From Elusimicrobiota bacterium (GTDB lineage: Bacteria > Elusimicrobiota > Elusimicrobia > UBA1565 > UBA9628): a DNA stretch of 64,000 bases. Location: assembly GCA_030696455.1 (NCBI GenBank), contig JAUYSH010000121.1:10078-74077 (forward strand). The letters run 5' to 3'. Position 1 is the stretch's first letter, and every line of letters begins with the position of its first letter. Of this stretch, positions 33,518-42,029 are shown piece by piece. The position numbers were made by a program, and so were the translations under genes. The notes beneath the pieces were generated by a model, which did not search any database, was not told the DNA's origin, and was given only the letters and a program-made list of their open reading frames with translations.

Positions 33518-36500
33518 ACCGCATGAAGCTCCTCCCCCTCGCGCTGCTGCTGGCCGTTCCCAGTCGGGCCTACGACACGATCCGCTTCCTCGAGCCCATC
33601 AGGGGAGACGAGATGGTTCGGCCCGTCGCCGCCGCCGCCTCCGCGGATCGCCTCTACGTCGTTGACGAGAAGAAGAACTCCCTTTTCCTGTACGACGCGG
33701 CCGGCAAGCTCATCAAATCCGTCGGCCGCTCGGGCAATCAGCCCGGGGCGTTCAGCGCGCCTCGCGGCGTCGCCGTCGGCCCCAACGGCAAGGTGTACGT
33801 CGCCGACACCGGCAACAGCCGCGTCGAGATCTTCGACCGCGACGGGAACTTCGTCTACGCCTTTGGAGAAAAAGGGTCCGAGCCGGGCAAGCTCAAGAAT
33901 CCCGAGTCCGTCGCCGTCGGCGCCGACGGACGCATCTATGTCTCCGACACCGGCAACAACCGCATCCAGGTCTTCACCGAGGAGGGCATCCTTCTCTTCT
34001 CCTTCGGGCGCTACGGCAAGGAGCCGGGCCTGCTGAGCCATCCGACCCGCATCGCGGTCGATCAGTCCGACAACGTCTTCATCCTCGACCGCAACAACGA
34101 GCGCATGCAGAAGTTCGACTCCGCCGCCAAGTTCGTCAAGGAGTACGCGTTGCTCGGCAACGACTTCACGGCGGACCAGTACGGCTTCCTGTACATCCTC
34201 GACGGCAAGAACGGCAAGGTCATCGAGCAGTCCGGCGAGGGCTTCATCATGGGCCGCTTCGGCTCTCTGGGCACGGGCGTCGGCCAGATGCGCAAGGCCG
34301 AGGGCATCGCGATCACGCCCGACGGCGTGCTCGTCGTCCTCGATACGGGCAACAACCGCATCCATCGCGTCGAGCTCACCAACAAGCTGAAGGTCAAGCC
34401 GCTGCCGCTGAACCTGCGCACGAAGATGTCGGTGTCCGGCCCTTCCCGGGCGTGGCCCTACGCGGCCTCGGTCCTCGCGCCGCACGGGGACGACCTGTTC
34501 GCCTGGCTGCCCAAGGAGATGCAGTTCGTGCTCATCGACGAGAAGGGCAAGGAGAAGAAGCGCTTCGGTTCGGCGAAGGGCAAGGGCGGCGAGGTCACGC
34601 GCGGCGTCGGCGGCATGGCCGCGATGAAGTCGGCGAAGGTCGAGGGCCTGTACGTGACCGATCTCCCCAACCACCGCCTCCAGCAGTTCGCCCTCGACGG
34701 CAAATGGAAGTCCAACGTGGGGGAAGCCCAAGGCTTCTTCGATTCCAAGAAGCGTGAGGGGCGCATGAAGAATCCCCACGGCGTCGCGATCAACGGCGAG
34801 GGCGTGGTCTACGTGGCCGACACCGGCAACCAGCGCATCGACGCGTTCAGCCCCGAGGGCGTGTTCCTCTTCGGCTTCGGGCCCAAGGTGGGCTCCTACA
34901 TGCTCCTCGAGCCCGTCGCGGTCGCCTGGGACAACGCCGGCTTCGTCTACTTCGTCGACAAGGGCCTCAAGCGCGTGTTCAAGTGCGAGCCCTCCGGCGC
35001 CTACATCGCCTCGTGGGGCGCCGACGGCGACGGCCCGGGAGAGTTCAAGTCGCCCGTCTCCATCGCCTTCGACGGCCAGAACTACCTCTACACCCTCGAC
35101 TCCGAGCTGCGCCGCGTCAGCGTGCACACCAAGGACGGCCAATGGCTCGCGGACTTCTTCGCGGGCGGCAAGCAGGAGCGCGAGCTGCTCGAGCCGATCG
35201 CCGTCTCCGTCCAGGGCGACAAGCTCGTGATCGCCGACAAAGGCAAGAGCCGCCTCGTCAGCTACGACCTTCACCCGATGCTCACCTCGCCGGCCGCGGT
35301 CTCCAGCTCGACGAAGGACGGGATCGTCACGCTCGCGTGGGAGCCCGTCGCCGATCCGTGGACCGGCGGCTACGTCGTTTCGCGCGCGACCGGCCCTTAC
35401 GGGCCCTGGGCGAAGGCGGGGGAGACGAAGAAGGAGACGTTCGACGACTCCGACGTCGTCCCCTACGAGAAATACTGGTACCGCGTCGCCACCAAGGCGA
35501 AGACGTCGGACGTGGGGCCCGCGGGCCGGCCGATCGACGTGTTCGTCGCCGGCTCCTTCAACCGCTCGCCCGTCGAGATCTCGACGATCACGCTCGGCGA
35601 TATCTTCGCCGCGAACTACAAGTGGTACCTGCGCAACCCCATGGGCACGGCCGTGCTGACCAACAACGTCAACGTGGCCTTTCAGAACGTGAAGCTGACC
35701 TTCAAGCTCAAGGACTACATGGACTTCGGGTTCGACACCGAGGTCAAGCGGCTCGACCCCAAGCAGACCGTCGAGATCCCTCTGATCGCCACGCTCAACA
35801 ACAAGGTGCTCGAGGTCAGCGAGGACACGCCGATCCAGGCCGAGTTCACGATGACCTACTTCGAGAGCGGCAAGCAGCAGACGGTGTCGATCACCAAGCC
35901 CTTGCGGCTGTATTCCCGCAACGCGATCACCTGGCAGGACCCGCAGCGCATCGCGAACTTCGTGACGCGCAAGGACCCGCCGGTGCGCGACTTCGTGCGC
36001 TCCGTCTCGACGCTCGAGTTCAAGAACCGAAAGGCCGTCGCGCTCAACGAGCCGGCCGTCAAGGCGATGCGCATCTGGAACGCTCTCTCCGAGTACGGCA
36101 TCAAGTTCGTCGCCAACCCGGCCAATCCGTTCGAGGCCGCGCACGACGACCCCAACTTCCCGGTCGACTATACGCAGTTCCCGCGGGAGACGCTGCGCAG
36201 CAAGGCCGGGCAGTGCTCCGACCTGACCTCCCTGTACGCGTCGATGCTCAAGGACAGCGAGGTGCGCGTGGCCATCCTCGACTACCCCGGCCACATGACG
36301 ATGATGTTCGACACCGAGGCGGAGGACGCGTCCGAGGCGGGCATGCCCGCCGACCTGCTGGTGGAGCACGAGGGCACGATGTGGGTCCCGATCGAGGTCA
36401 CCTTCATCGGCAAGCCTTTCATCGACGCGGTGTCGAAGGCCGCGTACGCGTACAAGACCGAGGCCGAGAAGGGGCGCGTGAAGGTGTATTCGCTGCACAA

Positions 36501-37017
36501 GGCCTGGAGCACCTACGAGCCGGTCACGATGCCGCCGACCGACTTCAGCCCCAAGTTCCCCGAGACCGCCGCCCTCGAGCGCCGCTATGACGACCAGGTC
36601 AACGTGCTCGCCAAGGACCGCTACCAGTTCCTCAAAAAGGAGTATCAGGCCGACATCAAGCGCAACGGCAAGGACGTCGACGCCCAGCTTCAGCTCGGGA
36701 TCATCGAGTATCAGTTCGGCAACCGCGAGGCGGCGCTGACCGAGTTCAACAAGGTACTCTCCCTCGACCCGGCGAACGCGTCGGCGCTCAATAACCTCGG
36801 AAGCGTGGCCTTCCTGGAGGGGGACAACGCCGAAGCGGAGCGGCGCTTCACCCAGGCCGCGGATGCGGAGCCCAACGACCCGACCATCTGGCTGAACCTC
36901 GTCAAGACCTCGTTGCGCCTCAATAAGACGGACAAGGCGAAGGCGATGGGGGAGAAGGCGGTGGCGCTCGCCCCGGGATTCAAGCCGGCCGTCGACAGCC
37001 TCATCAAGGGAAGCTGA
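33514..37017 (+). CDS. Large secreted multidomain protein: NHL-repeat beta-propellers, Fn3-like module, transglutaminase-like Cys-protease-fold core, C-terminal TPR
   Basis: A signal peptide is followed by at least 10 NHL-type units (..P.GVAV..NGKVYVADTGN.R..F..). An Fn3-like segment reads ..VTLAWEPV....GY.V.R......W... A transglutaminase-like segment reads ..KAGQCSDLTSLYASML..(Cys) ..YPGHMTMMFD..(His). The TPR tail reads ..LNNLGSVAFLEGDNAEAERRFTQA... ATGA overlap with gatB. Confidence 0.85.
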   Translation: MNRMKLLPLALLLAVPSRAYDTIRFLEPIRGDEMVRPVAAAASADRLYVVDEKKNSLFLYDAAGKLIKSVGRSGNQPGAFSAPRGVAVGPNGKVYVADTGNSRVEIFDRDGNFVYAFGEKGSEPGKLKNPESVAVGADGRIYVSDTGNNRIQVFTEEGILLFSFGRYGKEPGLLSHPTRIAVDQSDNVFILDRNNERMQKFDSAAKFVKEYALLGNDFTADQYGFLYILDGKNGKVIEQSGEGFIMGRFGSLGTGVGQMRKAEGIAITPDGVLVVLDTGNNRIHRVELTNKLKVKPLPLNLRTKMSVSGPSRAWPYAASVLAPHGDDLFAWLPKEMQFVLIDEKGKEKKRFGSAKGKGGEVTRGVGGMAAMKSAKVEGLYVTDLPNHRLQQFALDGKWKSNVGEAQGFFDSKKREGRMKNPHGVAINGEGVVYVADTGNQRIDAFSPEGVFLFGFGPKVGSYMLLEPVAVAWDNAGFVYFVDKGLKRVFKCEPSGAYIASWGADGDGPGEFKSPVSIAFDGQNYLYTLDSELRRVSVHTKDGQWLADFFAGGKQERELLEPIAVSVQGDKLVIADKGKSRLVSYDLHPMLTSPAAVSSSTKDGIVTLAWEPVADPWTGGYVVSRATGPYGPWAKAGETKKETFDDSDVVPYEKYWYRVATKAKTSDVGPAGRPIDVFVAGSFNRSPVEISTITLGDIFAANYKWYLRNPMGTAVLTNNVNVAFQNVKLTFKLKDYMDFGFDTEVKRLDPKQTVEIPLIATLNNKVLEVSEDTPIQAEFTMTYFESGKQQTVSITKPLRLYSRNAITWQDPQRIANFVTRKDPPVRDFVRSVSTLEFKNRKAVALNEPAVKAMRIWNALSEYGIKFVANPANPFEAAHDDPNFPVDYTQFPRETLRSKAGQCSDLTSLYASMLKDSEVRVAILDYPGHMTMMFDTEAEDASEAGMPADLLVEHEGTMWVPIEVTFIGKPFIDAVSKAAYAYKTEAEKGRVKVYSLHKAWSTYEPVTMPPTDFSPKFPETAALERRYDDQVNVLAKDRYQFLKKEYQADIKRNGKDVDAQLQLGIIEYQFGNREAALTEFNKVLSLDPANASALNNLGSVAFLEGDNAEAERRFTQAADAEPNDPTIWLNLVKTSLRLNKTDKAKAMGEKAVALAPGFKPAVDSLIKGS

Positions 37018-37034
37018 TCTAGGAGGAGGAAAAC

Positions 37035-37517
37035 ATGAAGCTGACTCTCATCGCCGTTCTCGCCGCGATGCTCTCCATGCCCGCGCGCGCGGAGGAGAAG
37101 CCCGCGGCGGCCCCGGCCAAATCAAGCTGGGGCGACTTCTTGAAAAACTTCAAGAACTCCCTGGCCCAATCGGCCGTCGGCGGGCAGCGCAAAAAAGCCC
37201 GGACCGCCCAAGGCGTGGCGGCCGTGCGCGGCTCGGAGCAGGGCAAGAAGAACATCGCCGACCCCAATGAGCCCGGGCTGATGGGCGATTTCCGCAGCGC
37301 CCGCGTCAAGCGGGAGATGGGCTATGACCTCGAGCTGGAGGCCGCCGTCGATCTGCTCGCCAAGGGCCAGGCCGAGGAGGGCCTCAAGGCCCTCGAGAAG
37401 TTCAAGGAGGCGCATCCCAAGCACCGGGGCTCCGACGTGGATAAGGCCATCGAGGGGGCGAAGGCCTTGCTCGCCGAGAAGGGCGGCGAGCCGGTCGCGG
37501 AAGCCGCCAAGCCTTAG
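37035..37517 (+). CDS. Small secreted hypothetical protein
   Basis: Signal peptide MKLTLIAVLAAMLSMPARA; SD-like GGAGGAGGA 6-14 nt upstream; charged helical body. Confidence 0.6.
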   Translation: MKLTLIAVLAAMLSMPARAEEKPAAAPAKSSWGDFLKNFKNSLAQSAVGGQRKKARTAQGVAAVRGSEQGKKNIADPNEPGLMGDFRSARVKREMGYDLELEAAVDLLAKGQAEEGLKALEKFKEAHPKHRGSDVDKAIEGAKALLAEKGGEPVAEAAKP

Positions 37518-37535
37518 GTGCGACGCTCAGCGAAA

Positions 37536-37566
37536 GGGCCCTCGCCGAAAGGCGGGGGCCTTTTTC
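37536..37566 (+). terminator. Intrinsic terminator
   Basis: GGGCCCTCGCC (37536-37546), GAAA loop, GGCGGGGGCC (37551-37560; one G-U pair), then TTTTT (37561-37565). Confidence 0.7.
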
Positions 37567-37630
37567 TTGGGGATCACCGGAAGCTCCGGCGTGGAAAGTT
37601 ATTCGCGTTTTCCGTAAGCCGGCCGTCTAA

Positions 37631-37650
37631 AACTGTTGTCAACAACAGTT
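37631..37650. repeat. 20-bp palindrome AACTGTTGTCAACAACAGTT (copy 1 of 2)
   Basis: 9-bp arms around the central CA. The form is CTGT-N8-ACAG. It lies in the gap between convergent genes and is followed by TTA on the minus strand reading (..ACAACAGTTTTAG). Confidence 0.85.
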
Positions 37651-37680
37651 ATTGACTCGAGCTTATCCCCGCGAGGTGCC

Positions 37681-37704
37681 CCGACTGTTGTTGACAACAG
37701 TCGG
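37681..37704. repeat. 24-bp palindrome CCGACTGTTGTTGACAACAGTCGG (copy 2 of 2)
   Basis: 11-bp arms around the central TG. The 18-nt core 37684-37701 is the exact reverse complement of 37632-37649. The centres of the two copies are 52 bp apart. Confidence 0.85.
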
Positions 37705-37746
37705 CGCCGGTCCGGGGGATTAAGCAGGCTCAGTTCTGAGTCGCGC

Positions 37747-38220
37747 CTAGCGCTTGCCTTGAAGCCGCTTGATCAGGCCCGTCGTCGAGTAGCCCTTCTT
37801 GAGCGCCACGATGACGACCTTGCCGGCGTGCTTGGCCTCGGGCAGGTCCGAGGGCCTGTAGTCGCCGCCTTTAACCTGGACGTCGGGCTTGAGGCGCGCC
37901 ATGAGCTTCTCGGGGGTCGGCTCGTCGAACTTGACCACGGCGTCGACGCAGCCGAGCGCGGCGATGACCTCGGCGCGGTCGCGCCACTGATTGACCGGCC
38001 GCCCGGGAGCTTTGTCGAGGGCGCGCGCGGAGCGGTCGGAGTTGATGCCGACGATCAGCAGGTCGCCCTGCGCCTTGGCCTTCTCCAGCACCTTCACGTG
38101 GCCGGCGTGCAGGATGTCGAAGACGCCGTTGGTGAAGACGACCGCCCGGCCTTCCCAGCGCCACAGCTCGCGCATGGTGGCCAGCTTCTTGAGCGGCAGG
38201 ATCTTGGTCGTGGAGGGCAT
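37747..38220 (-). CDS. hldC: D-glycero-beta-D-manno-heptose 1-phosphate adenylyltransferase (RfaE domain II type)
   Basis: Starts at MPSTTKILPL. ..VVFTNGVFDILHAGHVKVLEKAK..GD.LIVGINSD.S.. is the cytidylyltransferase HxGH signature as in the HldE C-terminal domain. 1-nt TGATG overlap with gmhA. Confidence 0.85.
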   Translation of the reverse strand: MPSTTKILPLKKLATMRELWRWEGRAVVFTNGVFDILHAGHVKVLEKAKAQGDLLIVGINSDRSARALDKAPGRPVNQWRDRAEVIAALGCVDAVVKFDEPTPEKLMARLKPDVQVKGGDYRPSDLPEAKHAGKVVIVALKKGYSTTGLIKRLQGKR

Positions 38221-38819
38221 CAGCCGTGGGCCAGGGGCGCGTTCGGAAAAAGCTCGTCCTCGAGTATGCCGCACCAGATCTGGATGACCGCGATGTGCGC
38301 TTCCTGGATGCGCGCCGTGGAGTCGGAGGGCACCCGCACGCAGTGGTCGCAGAGATCCTTGAGCTTGCCCCCGGAGCGGCCGGTGAGCCCGATGACCGTC
38401 AGGCCGAGCTCACGCGCGGCGGCGGCGGCCCGAAGCACGTTCTTGGAGTTGCCCGAGGTCGAGATGGCGACGGCGACGTCGCCGGGCCGGCCGAGCGCCC
38501 GCAGGGGGCGCTCGAAGACGAACTCGAAGCCGAAATCATTGGCGATCGAGGTCAGGTCGCTCTGGTTGGCCGAGAGGGCGATCGCGGGCAGGCCGGGGCG
38601 GTTGCGGCGGTAGCGCCCGGTCAGCTCGTCGGCGAAATTGATCGCGTCGCACGAGGAGCCTCCGTTGCCGAAACTCAGAAGCTTGCCGCCGTTTCGGTAG
38701 CAGAGCAGGAGGTCCCGGGCGGCCGCGTCGATGGCGGGGGAGAGCTTGGCCACGGCGGTGAGCACCTTGGCGGAGTCCTTGAGCTGCGCGGCGATGGTCT
38801 TGCGGAAGTGGCTAGGCAT
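38220..38819 (-). CDS. gmhA: Phosphoheptose isomerase (SIS domain)
   Basis: 199 aa with ..GGKLLSFGNGGSSCDAINFADEL.. and ..GDVAVAISTSGNSKNVL..A...G..VIGLTG..GG.L.. Confidence 0.9.
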   Translation of the reverse strand: MPSHFRKTIAAQLKDSAKVLTAVAKLSPAIDAAARDLLLCYRNGGKLLSFGNGGSSCDAINFADELTGRYRRNRPGLPAIALSANQSDLTSIANDFGFEFVFERPLRALGRPGDVAVAISTSGNSKNVLRAAAAARELGLTVIGLTGRSGGKLKDLCDHCVRVPSDSTARIQEAHIAVIQIWCGILEDELFPNAPLAHG

Positions 38820-40173
38820 TGGCGGGCTCCTTCTTGTCGAGCAGGCCGGTCTTCTCGATGAAATGGGTGTCGAAGTCTCCGCTCATGAAGACGGGATGGG
38901 CGACGACCTTCGCGTGCATCCCGGCGGTCGTCTTGACGCCGGTGATCTTGAGCTCGCCGAGCGCGCGCAAGGAGCGCCGCAGGGCGGCGGGACGGTCGCT
39001 CGCCGAGATGATGAGCTTGGCGATCATGCTGTCGTAATAGCTGGGGATCGTGTAGCCCGCGTAGACGTGGGTGTCGACCCGCACGCCGGCGCCGCCGGGG
39101 AGCTCGATCGACTCGATCTTCCCCGGGCAGGGCATGAAGTTGTTGTCGGGGTCCTCGGCATTGATGCGATGCTCGATGGCGTGGCAGCGGATTTCGCTGG
39201 CGCGCTCCTGCCCGAAAGGAAGATTTTCGCCGGCGGCGACGCGGATCATCAGCTCCATCAGGTCGACGCCCGCGACCGCCTCGGTCACCGGGTGTTCGAC
39301 CTGCAGGCGCGCGTTCACTTCGATGAAGTAAAACTTCCCGTCCTGAAAAAGAAACTCGACGGTGCCGACGTTCTGATAGCCCGCGGCCTTGGCCAGACGG
39401 ATGGCGGCCGCCTGCATGTCACGGCGGCTCTCGGGGGTCAAGGCGGGAGACGGGGACTCCTCGACGAGCTTTTGGTGACGGCGCTGGACCGTGCAGTCGC
39501 GTTCGGGAAAGGCGACGACGTTCCCATAGTTGTCGGCGATAATCTGGATCTCGACGTGTCGAGGGCGCTCCAGCAACTTTTCGATGAAGACCGAGCCGTC
39601 GCCGAAGGCGGCCTTCGCCTCGGTGGCGGCGGCTTCGAGCTGGGGCTTGAGCTCCTCCGGGGTCCGCACGATCCGCATGCCCTTGCCGCCGCCGCCGGCG
39701 GAGGCCTTGATGAGCACGGGGTAGCCGATCTCGGCGACCTCCTTGGAGACGTCGGTCGTGATGTCTCCCTTGGTGCCCGGGACGACGGGGACATTCGCGG
39801 CGAGCGCGACGGCCTTGCCGGCGCTCTTGAAGCCCAGCTTGCGGCTCGCGGAGGGGGGCGGGCCGATAAAGGTGATGCCGCGCTTGGCGCACAGCTCGGA
39901 GAAATCGGCGTTTTCGGAAAGGAATCCGTAGCCGGGATGAATGGCGTCGGCGCCGGTGTTTTTAGCCGCCGACAGCACGGCCTCCTGATCGAGGTAGGAG
40001 AGCTTGGAGGGTCCGGGCCCGATGCAGACGGCCTCGTCGGCCATGGCGATGTGGCGCGACTCCCGGTCGGCGTCGGAATAGACGGCGACCGTCTTGACGC
40101 CGAGCTCGCGCGCGGCGCGGATCACGCGTACGGCGATCTCGGAGCGGTTGGCGATCAGGATCTTCTTGAACAT
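38812..40173 (-). CDS. accC: Acetyl-CoA carboxylase, biotin carboxylase subunit
   Basis: 453 aa starting MFKKILIANRSEIAVRVIRAARELG.., with an ATP-grasp region ..YPVLIKASAGGGGKGMRIV.. and ..FIEVNARLQVEHPVTE.. Confidence 0.93.
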   Translation of the reverse strand: MFKKILIANRSEIAVRVIRAARELGVKTVAVYSDADRESRHIAMADEAVCIGPGPSKLSYLDQEAVLSAAKNTGADAIHPGYGFLSENADFSELCAKRGITFIGPPPSASRKLGFKSAGKAVALAANVPVVPGTKGDITTDVSKEVAEIGYPVLIKASAGGGGKGMRIVRTPEELKPQLEAAATEAKAAFGDGSVFIEKLLERPRHVEIQIIADNYGNVVAFPERDCTVQRRHQKLVEESPSPALTPESRRDMQAAAIRLAKAAGYQNVGTVEFLFQDGKFYFIEVNARLQVEHPVTEAVAGVDLMELMIRVAAGENLPFGQERASEIRCHAIEHRINAEDPDNNFMPCPGKIESIELPGGAGVRVDTHVYAGYTIPSYYDSMIAKLIISASDRPAALRRSLRALGELKITGVKTTAGMHAKVVAHPVFMSGDFDTHFIEKTGLLDKKEPANA

Positions 40174-40183
40174 GGCATCATCC

Positions 40184-41572
40184 TCATTGGTGGGGCGCGT
40201 TGAGCTTGCGGCGGATATCCTCGATGTAGGAGAGGTCCTGGGGGCGGACGCACAGCTGCCCGGCGCGGTCCGCGTCGGCGAGGGCCTCCCCCGGCCGGCT
40301 GAGGGCGAGGTACGCCTCGGAGCGAGCGAGCAGGATCTCGCACTGATCGGCGGGCGAGATGCTCGGGAAGGCCAGCATCTGGGCGAACTGGTCGAGGGCC
40401 AGCTCAGGCTTCATCAGGGAGTTCTTGTAAGTGTCGGCGAGGATCGCGTGCAGGTGATAGAGGCTCTTCAGCGAAAGGTTCGAGGGATAGACGCGGGAGA
40501 GCTCGATCGCGGTCAGGCACTGCCGCTCGGTGTCGAGCGGGGATTTGCGGTAATAGGCGGCCTCGCAGAGGTAGCCTCGGGCCATTGGATCGCGGGGATT
40601 GACGGTCGCCGCGGCCTGGGCGAGCACCAGGCCCATATCCGCGTTGTTCTTTTCGAAGGCCTCCTCGACCTTGCGCATCAGCACCCAGCTGTAAGGGCGG
40701 ACCCATCTCCGGTCCTCTTCGACGAACAGGACGCGGTCGACACGCGGGGCCTGGCCCTCGACGTTGAGGCTGTAGGAAAAGAGCACGGCGCCCGGCTCGA
40801 GGTGCTCGAGGCGCAGGTCGGACCAGGTCCACGTCGAGGTGTCGCGGGAAGCCGTGAATTCCTCGAGCGTGCAGTATTTCCGGGCGATCTCGGAAAACTG
40901 GGAGTACGCCTCGGCGTAGTCTCGCGCCCGAAGATCCTCGAGGTAGCGGACCGCGGCCCGATGGGCGGCGTTCTCCGGCTTATTGTTCTCAGTCCAGTGC
41001 CAGACCGCGACCAGCGCTCCTAGGACGGCGAAGGTGGCGAAGGCGACGGTGACGGCGCGGCGCGCTCTCCCGATCCAGGGGGAGGGCCTCGCGATGAACG
41101 CGGCTTGCGGGGGAGCGACGGGGGCCCAGGGATCGTTGGAGGCGGAGGAGGCGGCGAACGGATCGACGGCCTGGCGGCCCGCGAAGGGCAACGGCCCGCC
41201 CGGCGGGGGCGTGTTCGCCAGGGGGGCGCTCGGGGCGCCGGGCTCGAACGCCTTCTGCTTCGCCGGCGGCAGGACGGCGGGGGGCGGCGTGGACTTCTTT
41301 TCGGCCGGCTCCTTGGAGAGGCGCTTGACGACCGTGGCCGGTATCGCGTCCTTCGGCGCATCCGGGGCGGACGTCGGGGGCGGGGGCGCCACGACGGCCC
41401 GGATCTCCGAGATCGGGTTTCCGCACTTGTCGCAATAGTTCTTGGCGAGCGAGTTTTGGAACCCGCAGCCGCCGCACACGCGGGTGTTCCTGCCGCCGCA
41501 CTTCGCGCACTGAGCGAGCGCCGTCGCCGAGGAGGCGCCGCACTGCGTGCATAAGATCGCAGCGTTCGACAT
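40184..41572 (-). CDS. Membrane protein with N-terminal double zinc ribbon, Pro-rich linker, one TM helix and a TPR-like C-terminal region
   Basis: CTQCG..x..CAKCG...VCGGCG......YCDKCG pattern. TM segment AVTVAFATFAVLGALVAVW. Helical repeat-like C-terminus. Lies between the accB-like gene and accC. Confidence 0.7.
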   Translation of the reverse strand: MSNAAILCTQCGASSATALAQCAKCGGRNTRVCGGCGFQNSLAKNYCDKCGNPISEIRAVVAPPPPTSAPDAPKDAIPATVVKRLSKEPAEKKSTPPPAVLPPAKQKAFEPGAPSAPLANTPPPGGPLPFAGRQAVDPFAASSASNDPWAPVAPPQAAFIARPSPWIGRARRAVTVAFATFAVLGALVAVWHWTENNKPENAAHRAAVRYLEDLRARDYAEAYSQFSEIARKYCTLEEFTASRDTSTWTWSDLRLEHLEPGAVLFSYSLNVEGQAPRVDRVLFVEEDRRWVRPYSWVLMRKVEEAFEKNNADMGLVLAQAAATVNPRDPMARGYLCEAAYYRKSPLDTERQCLTAIELSRVYPSNLSLKSLYHLHAILADTYKNSLMKPELALDQFAQMLAFPSISPADQCEILLARSEAYLALSRPGEALADADRAGQLCVRPQDLSYIEDIRRKLNAPHQ

Positions 41573-41627
41573 TAGGCCTCCCCCACCCTTCGGGGGGCGC
41601 GCAGAGGACGCGAAGGAAATCCTTTTA

Positions 41628-42029
41628 TCATCTAGTCTCGAGCAGGAGCAGCGGCTGGCCGTACTCCACGGCCTGCCCGGCGTCGATGAAGATCTTCGCG
41701 ACGCGCCCGGCGTGGGCGGAGATGACGGGCTTGGACGCGCCAGATCCGGTCACGATCACCCCGACGACGTCCCCGGCGGAGATCTCGACGCCCTCCTCGG
41801 TCTTGCGCGCCTTGCCCGGCTCGCTCCACTGGAAGACGCCGACTCCGTCGCTCGCCACGGACGCGAAGCGGCCGGCGGGCATCGGCGGGGCGGAGAGCGT
41901 CGGATGGTCGCCCGTTCCAAGGGCGGTCAGGGAGAATCCCGTGCCGCCTTTGCGGTAGACGACCTCGGCGAGGTCGGCGGTTTTCATCCAGTCAGCGACT
42001 ACTTTAATGAGAGAAGCGTCCATGGTCAT
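41628..42029 (-). CDS. Biotin carboxyl carrier protein (AccB)-like protein lacking the canonical (A/V)MKM biotinylation motif
   Basis: The AccB-like N-terminus (..LIKVVADWMKTADLAEVVYRKGG.GFSL..) and biotinyl/lipoyl hammerhead C-terminus (..GRVAKIFIDAGQAVEYGQPLLLLE) are present. The position expected to read EAMKM reads VTGSGASKP. Confidence 0.7.
   Translation of the reverse strand: MTMDASLIKVVADWMKTADLAEVVYRKGGTGFSLTALGTGDHPTLSAPPMPAGRFASVASDGVGVFQWSEPGKARKTEEGVEISAGDVVGVIVTGSGASKPVISAHAGRVAKIFIDAGQAVEYGQPLLLLETR

Noticed and set aside
33019-36498. 1159-aa ORF on the minus strand, the longest antisense ORF in the track.
   Set aside because: It lies entirely antisense to the NHL/transglutaminase-like gene. 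Its translation is dominated by Arg/Gly/Asp/Leu/His/Val runs typical of the mirror frame of G+C-rich coding sequence, and it has no recognisable motif. The plus-strand gene has clear repeat and domain structure.
37637-37696. TTGACA hexamers embedded in both palindromes (minus-strand in copy 1, plus-strand 37691-37696 in copy 2), read as divergent -35 promoter elements.
   Set aside because: No acceptable -10 hexamer lies 16-19 bp downstream of either: the sequences there are GCTTAC/CTTACG on the minus strand and GGGGGA on the plus strand. No ORF or obvious RNA follows. They are kept only as a remote possibility inside the palindrome finding.
37566-37746. tRNA or other structured RNA gene in the largest non-coding gaps (37566-37746, 48020-48141, 51597-52111, 8618-8870).
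   Set aside because: I found no cloverleaf-compatible segments: no GTTCRANYC T-loop with a matching acceptor stem. I also recognised no rRNA, RNase P, tmRNA or riboswitch consensus. An sRNA cannot be excluded without expression data.
37636-38613. 325-aa ORF starting with TTG inside the first 20-bp palindrome.
   Set aside because: Beyond the intergenic gap it runs antisense through hldC and gmhA, both of which have unmistakable motifs on the minus strand. Its composition is shadow-like. The start inside the palindrome is a coincidence of TTG.
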